Below are positions 7,889 through 16,348 of a DNA stretch of 64,000 nt, piece after piece. The position numbers and the translations under genes were made by a program. Source of the DNA: an uncultured archaeon (GTDB taxonomy: Archaea; Thermoplasmatota; Thermoplasmata; Thermoplasmatales; Thermoplasmataceae); contig CP009479.1 of assembly GCA_000965745.1 (NCBI GenBank), forward strand, positions 1,792,001-1,856,000, given 5' to 3'. The stretch's first letter is position 1. Each line of letters opens with the position of its first letter. The notes under the pieces are model-generated. The model was not told the origin of the DNA. It searched no databases and saw only the letters and a list, made by a program, of their open reading frames with translations.

Positions 7889-9604
7889 ATGCAATTGTCA
7901 ATAATGACCAACAGGGAGCTCGCATCACTTTTCCAGGACCTTGCTGATATGGAGGAGATAGAAGGGAACAGATGGGAATCTCTGGCCTATGGTAAAGTTG
8001 CTCTGAGTATTGCAACACTTGTAGAGGATGTGGGTGAGCTCAGGAAGAAGGACTCCCTCCGTAATATAGAGGGAGTAGGTGCTGCCATAGAGAAGAAGAT
8101 CATTGAGTATCTTGAAACGGGGCATATTGAAAAGCATGTCAAGATGAAGGAGAAATACCCGATTGACTTCCCATCACTCAGGAATATCCAGGGGCTCGGT
8201 CCTAAACGAATTGCGCTGCTCCACAGAGAACTTGGCATCAAGAACGTTGATGATCTTGAGAAAGCTCTGGAGGAGGGGGCAATATCTTCAGTGCCCGGAT
8301 TTGGAAAGAAATCGGAAGAGTCTCTCCGCAGATCGCTTGAAGTGCACAGGAGAACTGGCTCAAACCGCCTCTTTCTGGCACTTGTATACGATGATATCCA
8401 TAGGTTTCTCTCAAAGGTAAGGGATAACGGGTATTTCCTCAAGGCAGACATAGCGGGTTCCACCAGGAGAAACAGGGAAACGATAGGAGACATTGACATT
8501 CTTGCCGTATGCACTGACAATGCAAAATGCACAGAATTTTTCCTTTCTCTGGATGAAGTGGAGGACGTCGTTGTAAGAGGCGAGACAAAGGTATCGGTTC
8601 GCCTATCCTATGGCATCAACTGTGACCTCAGGATAGTGGACCCTGAGTCCTACGGGGCTGCGATGCAATATTTCACTGGAAGCAAGGAGCACAACATCAA
8701 GATGAGGGACCTGGCAATTGAGCAAAATCTCAAACTGAATGAATACGGGCTGTTCAGCGGCGAAAAAAGCGTTGCAGGAAAGACGGAAGAGGAGGTTTAT
8801 GAACACCTTGGCCTATCGTGGGTCCCCCCTGAGCTGCGTGAAAACATGGGAGAACTTGAAGCCGCCAGAGGCAGAAGCCTGCCTACTCTCATAGAACATC
8901 GTGATGTCAGGGGAGATTTCCATGCACACACAAATGCCAGCGATGGTACTGCAACATTGGAGGAAATGGTTGAGAAGGCCAAGTCGCTGGGGTATGATTA
9001 CATCGCACTGACGGAACACAGTGCAAGCCTGAGAATTGCAAACGGGCTTGACGAGAAAAGGTTCAATGAGCGGAATGTTGAGATCGATAAGATAAATGAG
9101 AGTGACAGATCCATCAGAATATTGAAGGGGGTTGAACTGGAAATAAGGAAGGATGGCACTCTTGACCTGCCTTATAAGCTTCTTGAGGAAATGGATGTGG
9201 TGGTGGGTGCACTTCATCAGTGGGTTGGCGACAACATAACTGAAAACACCAACAGAGTTGTTAAGGCACTCAATAGCGGCCACATTTTCACTCTGGCACA
9301 CCCTACTGGACGGCTCATAGGGGTGAGGGAGCCTTACAGGCTGGACTTTGAAAAGATCTTCCAGGCGTGTGAGGAAAACAATGTCTCACTTGAAATAAAT
9401 GGCTATCCTGAGAGATCAGACCTTCCTTACGACCTGGTGAAAAGGGCACGGGAATATGATCTCAAGTTTACGCTTGGAAGCGACTCTCACAGGACCGATC
9501 ATCTGAGATTTCTCAGGTTTGCCACTTCAATAGCAAGGCGTGGTTGGCTGGAAAAGAATGATGTAATGAATACCTCATCCTGTCATGAGCTTTTCGCCAA
9601 ATAG
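7889..9604 (+). CDS. polX: DNA polymerase X with C-terminal PHP domain
   Basis: HhH motifs (IEGVG, IQGLGPKR, VPGFGKK), AGSTRR..GDIDIL, YFTGSKEHN, LNEYGL; PHP motifs HAHT..SDG, AHPTGR, SDSH. Confidence 0.95.
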   Translation: MQLSIMTNRELASLFQDLADMEEIEGNRWESLAYGKVALSIATLVEDVGELRKKDSLRNIEGVGAAIEKKIIEYLETGHIEKHVKMKEKYPIDFPSLRNIQGLGPKRIALLHRELGIKNVDDLEKALEEGAISSVPGFGKKSEESLRRSLEVHRRTGSNRLFLALVYDDIHRFLSKVRDNGYFLKADIAGSTRRNRETIGDIDILAVCTDNAKCTEFFLSLDEVEDVVVRGETKVSVRLSYGINCDLRIVDPESYGAAMQYFTGSKEHNIKMRDLAIEQNLKLNEYGLFSGEKSVAGKTEEEVYEHLGLSWVPPELRENMGELEAARGRSLPTLIEHRDVRGDFHAHTNASDGTATLEEMVEKAKSLGYDYIALTEHSASLRIANGLDEKRFNERNVEIDKINESDRSIRILKGVELEIRKDGTLDLPYKLLEEMDVVVGALHQWVGDNITENTNRVVKALNSGHIFTLAHPTGRLIGVREPYRLDFEKIFQACEENNVSLEINGYPERSDLPYDLVKRAREYDLKFTLGSDSHRTDHLRFLRFATSIARRGWLEKNDVMNTSSCHELFAK

Positions 9605-9611
9605 GAGGGGA

Positions 9612-9920
9612 TCATCCTTTCCAGATGCCTATCCCCACTCCCACAACGAATAAGACGACCAGCAGGGAAAGGGAGCCTGCGTTCCCTATTGGAATTATGG
9701 ACGCTATTGAATGCAGGTTAGTAACGATATATGACACAGCTTTTGACAGGATGTTTGAAATTGATATCTTAGGGACAAAGGACAGGCCAACGTATCCCGA
9801 AAGAATGAAAGCAACTATGAGCAGCACGAAAGAGACTATTCCTTTCTTGACGGCGAGACCAAAGAGGAGCCCGTCAACGAAAGCGAGTATCAATAAAACT
9901 ATTCCACTTATATCCGGCAT
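9612..9920 (-). CDS. Small membrane protein (3 TM), hypothetical
   Basis: 102-aa, highly hydrophobic ORF. Confidence 0.75.
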   Translation of the reverse strand: MPDISGIVLLILAFVDGLLFGLAVKKGIVSFVLLIVAFILSGYVGLSFVPKISISNILSKAVSYIVTNLHSIASIIPIGNAGSLSLLVVLFVVGVGIGIWKG

Positions 9921-10106
9921 TTTTTTAACCTGATTACAATTATATTAATTCTCCTTAAATTCTTTATGGTACGTTTCCGGTTATACATCCTGCAACTCAG
10001 TACGGAATCCAGGTAAAACGGAGAATGAATGTTAAAAACAGCGTGAAGAATATTAAAATATATAAAAAATAAATAAAAATAAATTACTTATTTTCATTTT
10101 TTAAAT

Positions 10107-10691
10107 TTAGCTAGAGATGTATGTCATGGATACTAGTATCTCACCATTCAGCGCAGCACCATCGTAGGGTGGCGTGAAGAATCCAATGTAAATCGTTGTG
10201 CTCCCGTCGACAGCGACTGAGTATGAGTCAGCCGATGTCAGAGAGAACGCCGTTACACCGGGGTTCACGACTGTGGGTATCTCGCCAGGGAGTCCCTGGT
10301 AATTGAAGTCGCTGAAGCTCAGTGGGGCCAGTGAGAAATACATGTATGATCCTGTAACGAACGGTGAACTCACGGTTGAGTTAAAGTAAAACATACCAGA
10401 CCCAAGAGTGGGTGCGAAGTTGATCTGCATCACGTTTATGATGAAGGTCGACTGGTTGCTTACTGTGCCAAACTGGAGATCGCCCATTGCGTTATGCGTT
10501 CCCGTGTATGGGTTCCATGAGATAGATCCGTCTGCTGTCTGGAAGTTGGATCCCGGTGCAAGCCAGAATGCGGCATTGTTATGGGTTCCATTTACTCCTA
10601 CCTGGCCTGTTATCATCACATCTGCTACGGCTACCGCTGGAAGGATGGCCGATACTGCTGCAATTAACAACAGGGTTAATCTTCTGTTCAT
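10107..10691 (-). CDS. Secreted beta-rich protein, paralogue 3 (candidate filament subunit)
   Basis: Signal peptide MNRRLTLLLIAAVSAILPAVAVA|DVMITGQ; no C-terminal TM; SD GGAGTGA. Confidence 0.85.
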   Translation of the reverse strand: MNRRLTLLLIAAVSAILPAVAVADVMITGQVGVNGTHNNAAFWLAPGSNFQTADGSISWNPYTGTHNAMGDLQFGTVSNQSTFIINVMQINFAPTLGSGMFYFNSTVSSPFVTGSYMYFSLAPLSFSDFNYQGLPGEIPTVVNPGVTAFSLTSADSYSVAVDGSTTIYIGFFTPPYDGAALNGEILVSMTYISS

Positions 10692-10712
10692 TTTATATCA
10701 CTCCTTGTTCCC

Positions 10713-11330
10713 TCATGATAGTGCCACGAATTGGCCCGTGAGCAGTGCGCTAGATCCTGCATAGTATCCAGGTGGCAGAACAAATCCAATGTAGAACGTC
10801 TGTGCCGGGCTGAAATTGGTTATCAGCAGGTGCGGGTTCTCACTGAGATCAACAGCTACTACGGTCGCAAGTGAAGATCCATCAACTGATATCGGTGTAC
10901 CGACATAGTGTGTTATGGCTGTCCCTATAAGAACTGCAAAGGTAATCGTGGAAGTCGAGATGACCATTTCAGTTCCGACCGGGAAGTTTGATGAAGACAC
11001 GTTAAGGTACAAACCCATGAACGACGATGGAGCTAAAGCATTACTAATAGTAATGTTCAGGTCAATCACGTTTATCATGGAGGTCTGCACGTAGTAACTT
11101 CCCTGGAGGTCCAGTGTTCCCATTTCTCCGCCAAGCACATCAGGCATCCATCCTATGGAGTTTGTTGCGTTGGCTGCGGCGTAGTTCGGTCCAGGCTGGA
11201 ATTCAAACGCAGTGTGATGATGTTTGTTCTCTAGTGAAATCTGTCCTGTTATCATTACGTCAGCCACAGCTACCGCTGGAAGCAGTGTTGCAATGGCTGC
11301 AACCAATAACAGTGTCAATTTTCTGTTCAT
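10713..11330 (-). CDS. Secreted beta-rich protein, paralogue 2 (candidate filament subunit)
   Basis: MNRKLTLLLVAAIATLLPAVAVA|DVMITGQ; shares QPGPNY, NV(I/L)DLN, F-x-LPPG-x-YAG with paralogue 1. Confidence 0.85.
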   Translation of the reverse strand: MNRKLTLLLVAAIATLLPAVAVADVMITGQISLENKHHHTAFEFQPGPNYAAANATNSIGWMPDVLGGEMGTLDLQGSYYVQTSMINVIDLNITISNALAPSSFMGLYLNVSSSNFPVGTEMVISTSTITFAVLIGTAITHYVGTPISVDGSSLATVVAVDLSENPHLLITNFSPAQTFYIGFVLPPGYYAGSSALLTGQFVALS

Positions 11331-11378
11331 TTTTTTTCACCTAACCAAAAATAATGGTGTTTTTTAGGACACCACTAT

Positions 11379-11954
11379 TTAATGCGCTATGAAAGTGCCA
11401 GTTATGGTACCAGTTGCTCCAGCATATGATCCAGGGGGCAGGTAGAAGCTCATGTAGTATGTTGTTGTTCCACCGGGGAATGGCCCGTTGAACTGGAAGC
11501 TTGCGCTGTTGATCGACTGTCCGCCGAGAAGACCTGGGAGTGAGTGCACATCAACCGTGTTGTTTGTAACCCAAACCATTGCTCCAGCGGGGAAGTTTCC
11601 AGTGAAGTTCACATACAGTGTTCCGGTAACTCCTGCGCCTATTGTCACGTTCAGGTCAAGAACATTTGCGAGTGCTGTTGTCTGGTTGTTTATGCCTTCA
11701 AGGTCGAATGATGCCATTGGTGCGAGTTGTCCGGGTTCTACTGATGCGGGCTGCATGGGGTTCCACGCAATGGCTCCGGCTGCGTAGGCTGCGGGGTAGT
11801 TAGGTCCTGGTTGGATCTCAAACACGGGTGTGTTCTGAGTACCAACAATGCTTACATTTCCTGTTATCATCACATCGGCTACAGCAACTGCGGGAAGAAT
11901 TGCTGCAACTGTTGCGAGTAACAACAGGGTCATCTTTCTATTCGTACTTTTCAC
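11379..11954 (-). CDS. Secreted beta-rich protein, paralogue 1 (candidate filament subunit)
   Basis: (T)NRKMTLLLLATVAAILPAVAVA|DVMITGN; start ambiguous (GTG 11954, ACG 11945 or ATG 11933). Confidence 0.85.
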   Translation of the reverse strand: MKSTNRKMTLLLLATVAAILPAVAVADVMITGNVSIVGTQNTPVFEIQPGPNYPAAYAAGAIAWNPMQPASVEPGQLAPMASFDLEGINNQTTALANVLDLNVTIGAGVTGTLYVNFTGNFPAGAMVWVTNNTVDVHSLPGLLGGQSINSASFQFNGPFPGGTTTYYMSFYLPPGSYAGATGTITGTFIAH

Positions 11955-12147
11955 CTCTCTATTTTTGGCTTAATGCCTGATTACATTATGAGCGGTGAAA
12001 TATATTTAATGGGTGGAATAAAAAATACATATAAGATCTTCTAATAGTTTGTAGGAATAAGAAATTCCTACATCTTATATACCTGTAAAGTTGAAATGCC
12101 GGCCCGGGCTCCCGCTGGATTGAAAATAAATGGAAAAAGCAACCAGT

Positions 12148-12942
12148 TCACTGAAAAGCTGTTGTGAAGAGATTGAAAAACAGAATGAATGCGGTAATCC
12201 CATAGGAGGCGAATGACGTGTATGCAGACGCTGAAAATGCAGGCTTCCTTTTCATGTAAGTTGCTACGGTGTAGACGGCCATGCACACTATTACTACGGC
12301 AGAATATACAATCGCCAGGTGTATGAGGCCGTTTATGCCGGTGATCCATGACATGGAGGGCGCATAGAAGGCAGCAAACGTTAAGGCTCCTGCTGAAACG
12401 AGCATTATTGCCATCAATCTCTTGGTTACGCTTATCCTGCTCACGACTGTCGTCAGTACTGCTATGCCGAGGACTGCAGCCAGAATAACGTATATGGAAT
12501 AGGTTACTGTCGACGGAAGCGAAGGCAGCAGCAGGTTTAGTTTCTTGACCGGGGAAAGCAGGAGAGATACGAGTATCCACAAATCGAGTGTGAGGAGTAT
12601 GAGCTGAGTGTCCGCGACAATTCCTTTACCCCCCGTATTGTGGACGAAATCTGAGAAAGGGGCTGTTGCTATGCTTGGTTCTGCATCTGGGACAGAATTC
12701 TCTGAATTCTCAGGCAGAGTACTTTCCATTAACCCATCCAGGGTGGACCGTTCCCCCTCTTGATGCTCAATCCTGTCTTTTTCCAGCCCATCACCATGGC
12801 CACCGGGAGGGGCAAGCAGGAATTCAAGTTTTTCCTCTTCAGGGCTGAGCTTTCTGAATGTTATGAAAAAATATATGGCAACTACTCCACCTATTACAAA
12901 CTGTGGAAGAAAACTGATCAATGCAGCAAGATCGAATTGCAT
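12148..12942 (-). CDS. Polytopic membrane protein with acidic, probably disordered loop after TM1
   Basis: One N-terminal TM, about 80-aa E/S/P-rich loop, then five to six TM segments. Confidence 0.75.
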   Translation of the reverse strand: MQFDLAALISFLPQFVIGGVVAIYFFITFRKLSPEEEKLEFLLAPPGGHGDGLEKDRIEHQEGERSTLDGLMESTLPENSENSVPDAEPSIATAPFSDFVHNTGGKGIVADTQLILLTLDLWILVSLLLSPVKKLNLLLPSLPSTVTYSIYVILAAVLGIAVLTTVVSRISVTKRLMAIMLVSAGALTFAAFYAPSMSWITGINGLIHLAIVYSAVVIVCMAVYTVATYMKRKPAFSASAYTSFASYGITAFILFFNLFTTAFQ

Positions 12943-13013
12943 AGCGAACGTTGATCATATCCCCAAGCCGGCATATAAACTATTCCAAAAAATTGAAAAA
13001 TATTTTGAAGCGG

Positions 13014-13808
13014 CTACTTCTTTTCCTTTTTGAACAACCTGTCATAAGGGAATACAGAAGCCGCGATGACAATCACAATAAGTATGCCCAGGTACAGGTA
13101 TGCGTTGTTTGGAACCTCGTTGTACTGGGTCCAGCTGCCACTGAATCTCAGTATATTAAGCTTTATCAGTCCGACCCATGGTATCTGACCGTAGGAGGTT
13201 CCCACGACCTTATCGGGCTGTACCGGGTTGAAGCCGAATACGTTCTGGTCTGAAGCACTGTATGCATTCTGGCTGGAATTGTAGAGGGGGCTGTGTGCAA
13301 GATTGTAATCGCCTACGGTTACGTAGCCGTCCTTGCCGACAAAGTGGTTCAGGTAGACGATGAGATTTCTGTGGGTAAAGCCAACATTATCGATGATCAC
13401 AGCGTTTGAAGTAATTTTGATCCAGCTTTGGCCATGATCACCTGCGACAATAGGAGTTGAACCGTTCCAGGACAGGTAAAACATGGCCCTGTGTATGATT
13501 ATCCTGCCATTCGGGTCATGGTAGAGTATAACGTTTCCAAACTCGCCATAGGTGCTGTAGCCTGAATCTCTTCCCTGAACATAAGTTACCACATCTCCGG
13601 TAGAGTTGTGGATATTCTTGGCGAAAACAATGTCCCCGGTGTTTATGGTCCCATAGGTCCAGTTCTGTGAATGTTCCATGCTCTCTGACTCCACAACATA
13701 CAGGGGGGGCCATACGTCAGAGTATGCAATGACAGAGGCAACGCTTGCCAGAACAACTACTGCAATTGCGATAGAGGCAATCTTTCTTGCTTTCACGGTA
13801 CATCGCAT
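13014..13808 (-). CDS. Signal peptidase I, S26 family, Ser-His (Sec11/SipW-type)
   Basis: VVESESMEH (catalytic Ser), GDIV, IIIHRA (catalytic His), VGDYN, IPWVG; N- and C-terminal TM helices. Confidence 0.9.
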   Translation of the reverse strand: MRCTVKARKIASIAIAVVVLASVASVIAYSDVWPPLYVVESESMEHSQNWTYGTINTGDIVFAKNIHNSTGDVVTYVQGRDSGYSTYGEFGNVILYHDPNGRIIIHRAMFYLSWNGSTPIVAGDHGQSWIKITSNAVIIDNVGFTHRNLIVYLNHFVGKDGYVTVGDYNLAHSPLYNSSQNAYSASDQNVFGFNPVQPDKVVGTSYGQIPWVGLIKLNILRFSGSWTQYNEVPNNAYLYLGILIVIVIAASVFPYDRLFKKEKK

Positions 13809-13932
13809 TAATTTATGAGGGTTAATAAATATATCCGATTAACATTTATTTCAAACTCAAGCAGCATCCAGGTATTTTAAAAAGTATTGCTGGCAGCCAT
13901 TGTTCGAAAAAAAGGTTGGAACTGGAAGATAA

Positions 13933-14556
13933 TTATTCAACACTGAGTGTGGACTGGCGGTGTTTGCTGTAGTTATACTCGACATTTTCAAAGGCATTGT
14001 TTATTTTGCGAGCAGTAGTGAACAGGTCCACAAGTATCAGAAGCAGCACTGCCGAGAATATTATGGTTATACCGAAAACAATACCATCCAGCTGGAATAT
14101 GATGCTGTCGGTGAATGCAAACTGGGTAGCAGTAACCAGGACGTATTCAGTTATGGCTATCATTACTCCGTAGATTATCATGAGTTTCCTGATCATTGAT
14201 GAGTCATGCTTGACCCTCTCGAGGTCTCTGCTTGGCTGCAATGCGTTTTTGAGGGACGACTCGAGCTTTTCCATATCCTTCATGGACATCATTGGCATAT
14301 CGTCCGGTTTGGTCTCTTCACCCATTTCCTCCGCAATCTCCCTTTCACTGAAGAACAACTGCGTATTGAGAGAGCTGTTCCTCAGGAACATTGAAAGCAT
14401 GTTCTTGGTGAATACCATGTTTGAGAGTTTTTCGATAGTCTTGACCTTGCTTTCAAGTCGTGAAATGTAGTCCTTGAATCCTTTTCCGGATATGTTGTAT
14501 ATCAAGAATGATACGACAAGTATCAGGGTAGGGATTATGTAAAGATACAGCAACAT
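13933..14556 (-). CDS. Membrane protein (3 TM) with helical/coiled-coil cytoplasmic region
   Basis: TM at the N-terminus, heptad-like YISRLESKVKTIEKL and MEKLESSLKNAL, two further TMs. Confidence 0.75.
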   Translation of the reverse strand: MLLYLYIIPTLILVVSFLIYNISGKGFKDYISRLESKVKTIEKLSNMVFTKNMLSMFLRNSSLNTQLFFSEREIAEEMGEETKPDDMPMMSMKDMEKLESSLKNALQPSRDLERVKHDSSMIRKLMIIYGVMIAITEYVLVTATQFAFTDSIIFQLDGIVFGITIIFSAVLLLILVDLFTTARKINNAFENVEYNYSKHRQSTLSVE

Positions 14557-14607
14557 TTTATTCAGCCCCCCTTCCAGGATATTTCATCTGATCATTATCC
14601 ATGAATA

Positions 14608-15036
14608 TCATGTACCTGGCCTCCTGATCTGGCTCTTGATGGCCCATCTCCTTTCCATTGCCTGCTTCATCTTCTCCTTGTCGCCACGGAACTCAGGAAC
14701 ATCGGGGGAAAGGGGGGCATTTTTCGCGTTTCCTCTCTTTACCTCCGATCTTATTTTCTCAATGGTTTTCTGCCTCTCTAGAATTTCCTCGAACTCCTCT
14801 TCTTCCATGCTGTTCTTCTGGCCGGCAATGTCTTCAACTTTCTTCTCGAGATAATTGACCGTTCTCTTAAGCATCTGAAATTCAAAATTGTCGTACAGCG
14901 CCCTTCTGATAACGCTCAGGGTGCTCTCATTCGGTCTCCTGAGAAGTTCTATCAGGACAAGGTCCTCCCTGAACAGCTCAACGGTCAGTGACTTCAGTTC
15001 CTGATTTTTGTTCTCCGAAACGCTTTCATTTGCCAA
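14608..15036 (-). CDS. Putative ribbon-helix-helix plus coiled-coil protein (ParR-like adaptor candidate)
   Basis: KSLTVELFREDLVLIELLRRPNESTLSVIRRAL fits a beta-alpha-alpha RHH pattern; followed by a coiled coil; directly downstream of the actin gene. Confidence 0.6.
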   Translation of the reverse strand: MANESVSENKNQELKSLTVELFREDLVLIELLRRPNESTLSVIRRALYDNFEFQMLKRTVNYLEKKVEDIAGQKNSMEEEEFEEILERQKTIEKIRSEVKRGNAKNAPLSPDVPEFRGDKEKMKQAMERRWAIKSQIRRPGT

Positions 15037-15101
15037 TTATCATCATCCACTCATAATATTAGATGGCGAAAAGAAAATAAAAAAGAAGGATTTTCCTCGC
15101 C

Positions 15102-16091
15102 TTATTGTCCTATTTCCCTCTTTGCTGCATCCTTGTAGCCAAGGGCGTTTGCAAAGGGAAGATCCTCTTCGGGAATTTTAATAAGTGCACCCGGAGCCAG
15201 TGATTCGAGCTTTTCGCCAATAAGGGCCGCTCCCCCGCCAACCGGTATGAGTGCAGTGACACGGTCAAGCTCACTTCTCAGGTTCGCCCTCATGTTATCC
15301 ACGATCCTGTCTGCAAGTTCCTGAAGGAATGGTGCAGCGAATTCCGGGCCACCCACTTCTCTCTGCTTGAACATGACGCTTTCCGATATCGACTCGCGTG
15401 CAACATCAGTCGGGACAACAAACCCGGTTTCCCTGGCGATGGCCTTTGCAATTTCTGAAACTGAGTCTCCGACTCCGGTTGTTATGCTGAACGACATCTG
15501 GAGAACAGGCTCCATGGTAGAAAGGTTCAATGTAAGAACATCAGTTGTTCTGGATCCCACATCAATTACTGTTGCAAGGCCCTTCTGCTGTTTCATTAGA
15601 CCTTTCTCTATCATATAGAGTGCAGCTCCTACTCCCTGTGGCCTCATGACAAGCCTGTCTATGGAAAGCTGCCTGACTTCCCCGGACAGTGAAGTGATCT
15701 TGATGCTCCTGCCTTCGAGAGCCTTTCTGGATTCGGCCAGTTCCTTGTCAAAGGTTCCCAGGGGAGTCCCGCTTCCAAGAACCACCTGGGTGGGAGATCC
15801 ATCAGCTCCTGCACCGCTTGCCCAAAGGGCTGCCCCGATAAGGGGGAGTGAAGCATTGTCTGCGAGTCTTCCATCGCCCAGAGGCTCCCTTGCATTTGGC
15901 CCATTCGCATCTTCTCCAAATGCAAAATGGTCTGTGCCGTCATCTACACTTAATATGGGAATATTCCCACCAATCCCCCACGATGTTCCATCATGCTTTG
16001 CCCACCGGGAAGGGAAGCTTATTCTCTCATCATTTACACTGATTACTTTTGTATCTCCATAACCAAGGTCTATACCAACAACTACTGACAA
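15102..16091 (-). CDS. ParM/StbA-family actin-like ATPase, close homologue of Thermoplasma acidophilum Ta0583
   Basis: GIDLGYGDTKV, RPQGVGAA, IDVGSRTTD, PVGGGA, FANALGY; recalled Ta0583 segments (FPSRWA, SWGIGG, GSGTPLGTFD) match. TTG at 16091 follows SD GGAGGTG. Confidence 0.92.
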   Translation of the reverse strand: MSVVVGIDLGYGDTKVISVNDERISFPSRWAKHDGTSWGIGGNIPILSVDDGTDHFAFGEDANGPNAREPLGDGRLADNASLPLIGAALWASGAGADGSPTQVVLGSGTPLGTFDKELAESRKALEGRSIKITSLSGEVRQLSIDRLVMRPQGVGAALYMIEKGLMKQQKGLATVIDVGSRTTDVLTLNLSTMEPVLQMSFSITTGVGDSVSEIAKAIARETGFVVPTDVARESISESVMFKQREVGGPEFAAPFLQELADRIVDNMRANLRSELDRVTALIPVGGGAALIGEKLESLAPGALIKIPEEDLPFANALGYKDAAKREIGQ

Positions 16092-16210
16092 CTCTTTACA
16101 CCTCCAACTGGAAATATCTTCCACAACTCTTCCATAACTAGTTGAGTCACTTATTGACTATCAGAGCCTTTTCGTATTAAAATCTTTACATCGACTGCAG
16201 GCGAAATTTT

Positions 16211-16220
16211 TGTCTAGACA
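16211..16220. promoter_or_regulatory. Palindrome TGTCTAGACA in the divergent promoter between the actin and pseudo-PP2C genes
   Basis: Perfect 10-bp palindrome; same half-sites as the TGTCWGACA sites at 23504, 23592 and 31434. Confidence 0.35.
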
Positions 16221-16348
16221 CGTTGAAAACTGCGGTTTCCCGTGAAATTTTTTTTCTTCATGAAGCCGTGTTTATCTGATTCCCACATTATTAGCCTTTC
16301 TATTTTGATATTTTTAATAGTTTTGAAGCACTACCACAGGGAGGATAA

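Noticed and set aside
10107-11954. Interpretation as type IV pilins or archaellins
   Set aside because: No class III signal (short positive leader, G/A cleavage before the hydrophobic helix); the signal is class I with an AxA site, and no PilB/PilC-like genes are present.
14608-16348. Integrated plasmid implied by the ParM-like gene
   Set aside because: No Rep, integrase, relaxase or att sites; composition resembles the flanks; the Ta0583 homologue is chromosomal in Thermoplasma.
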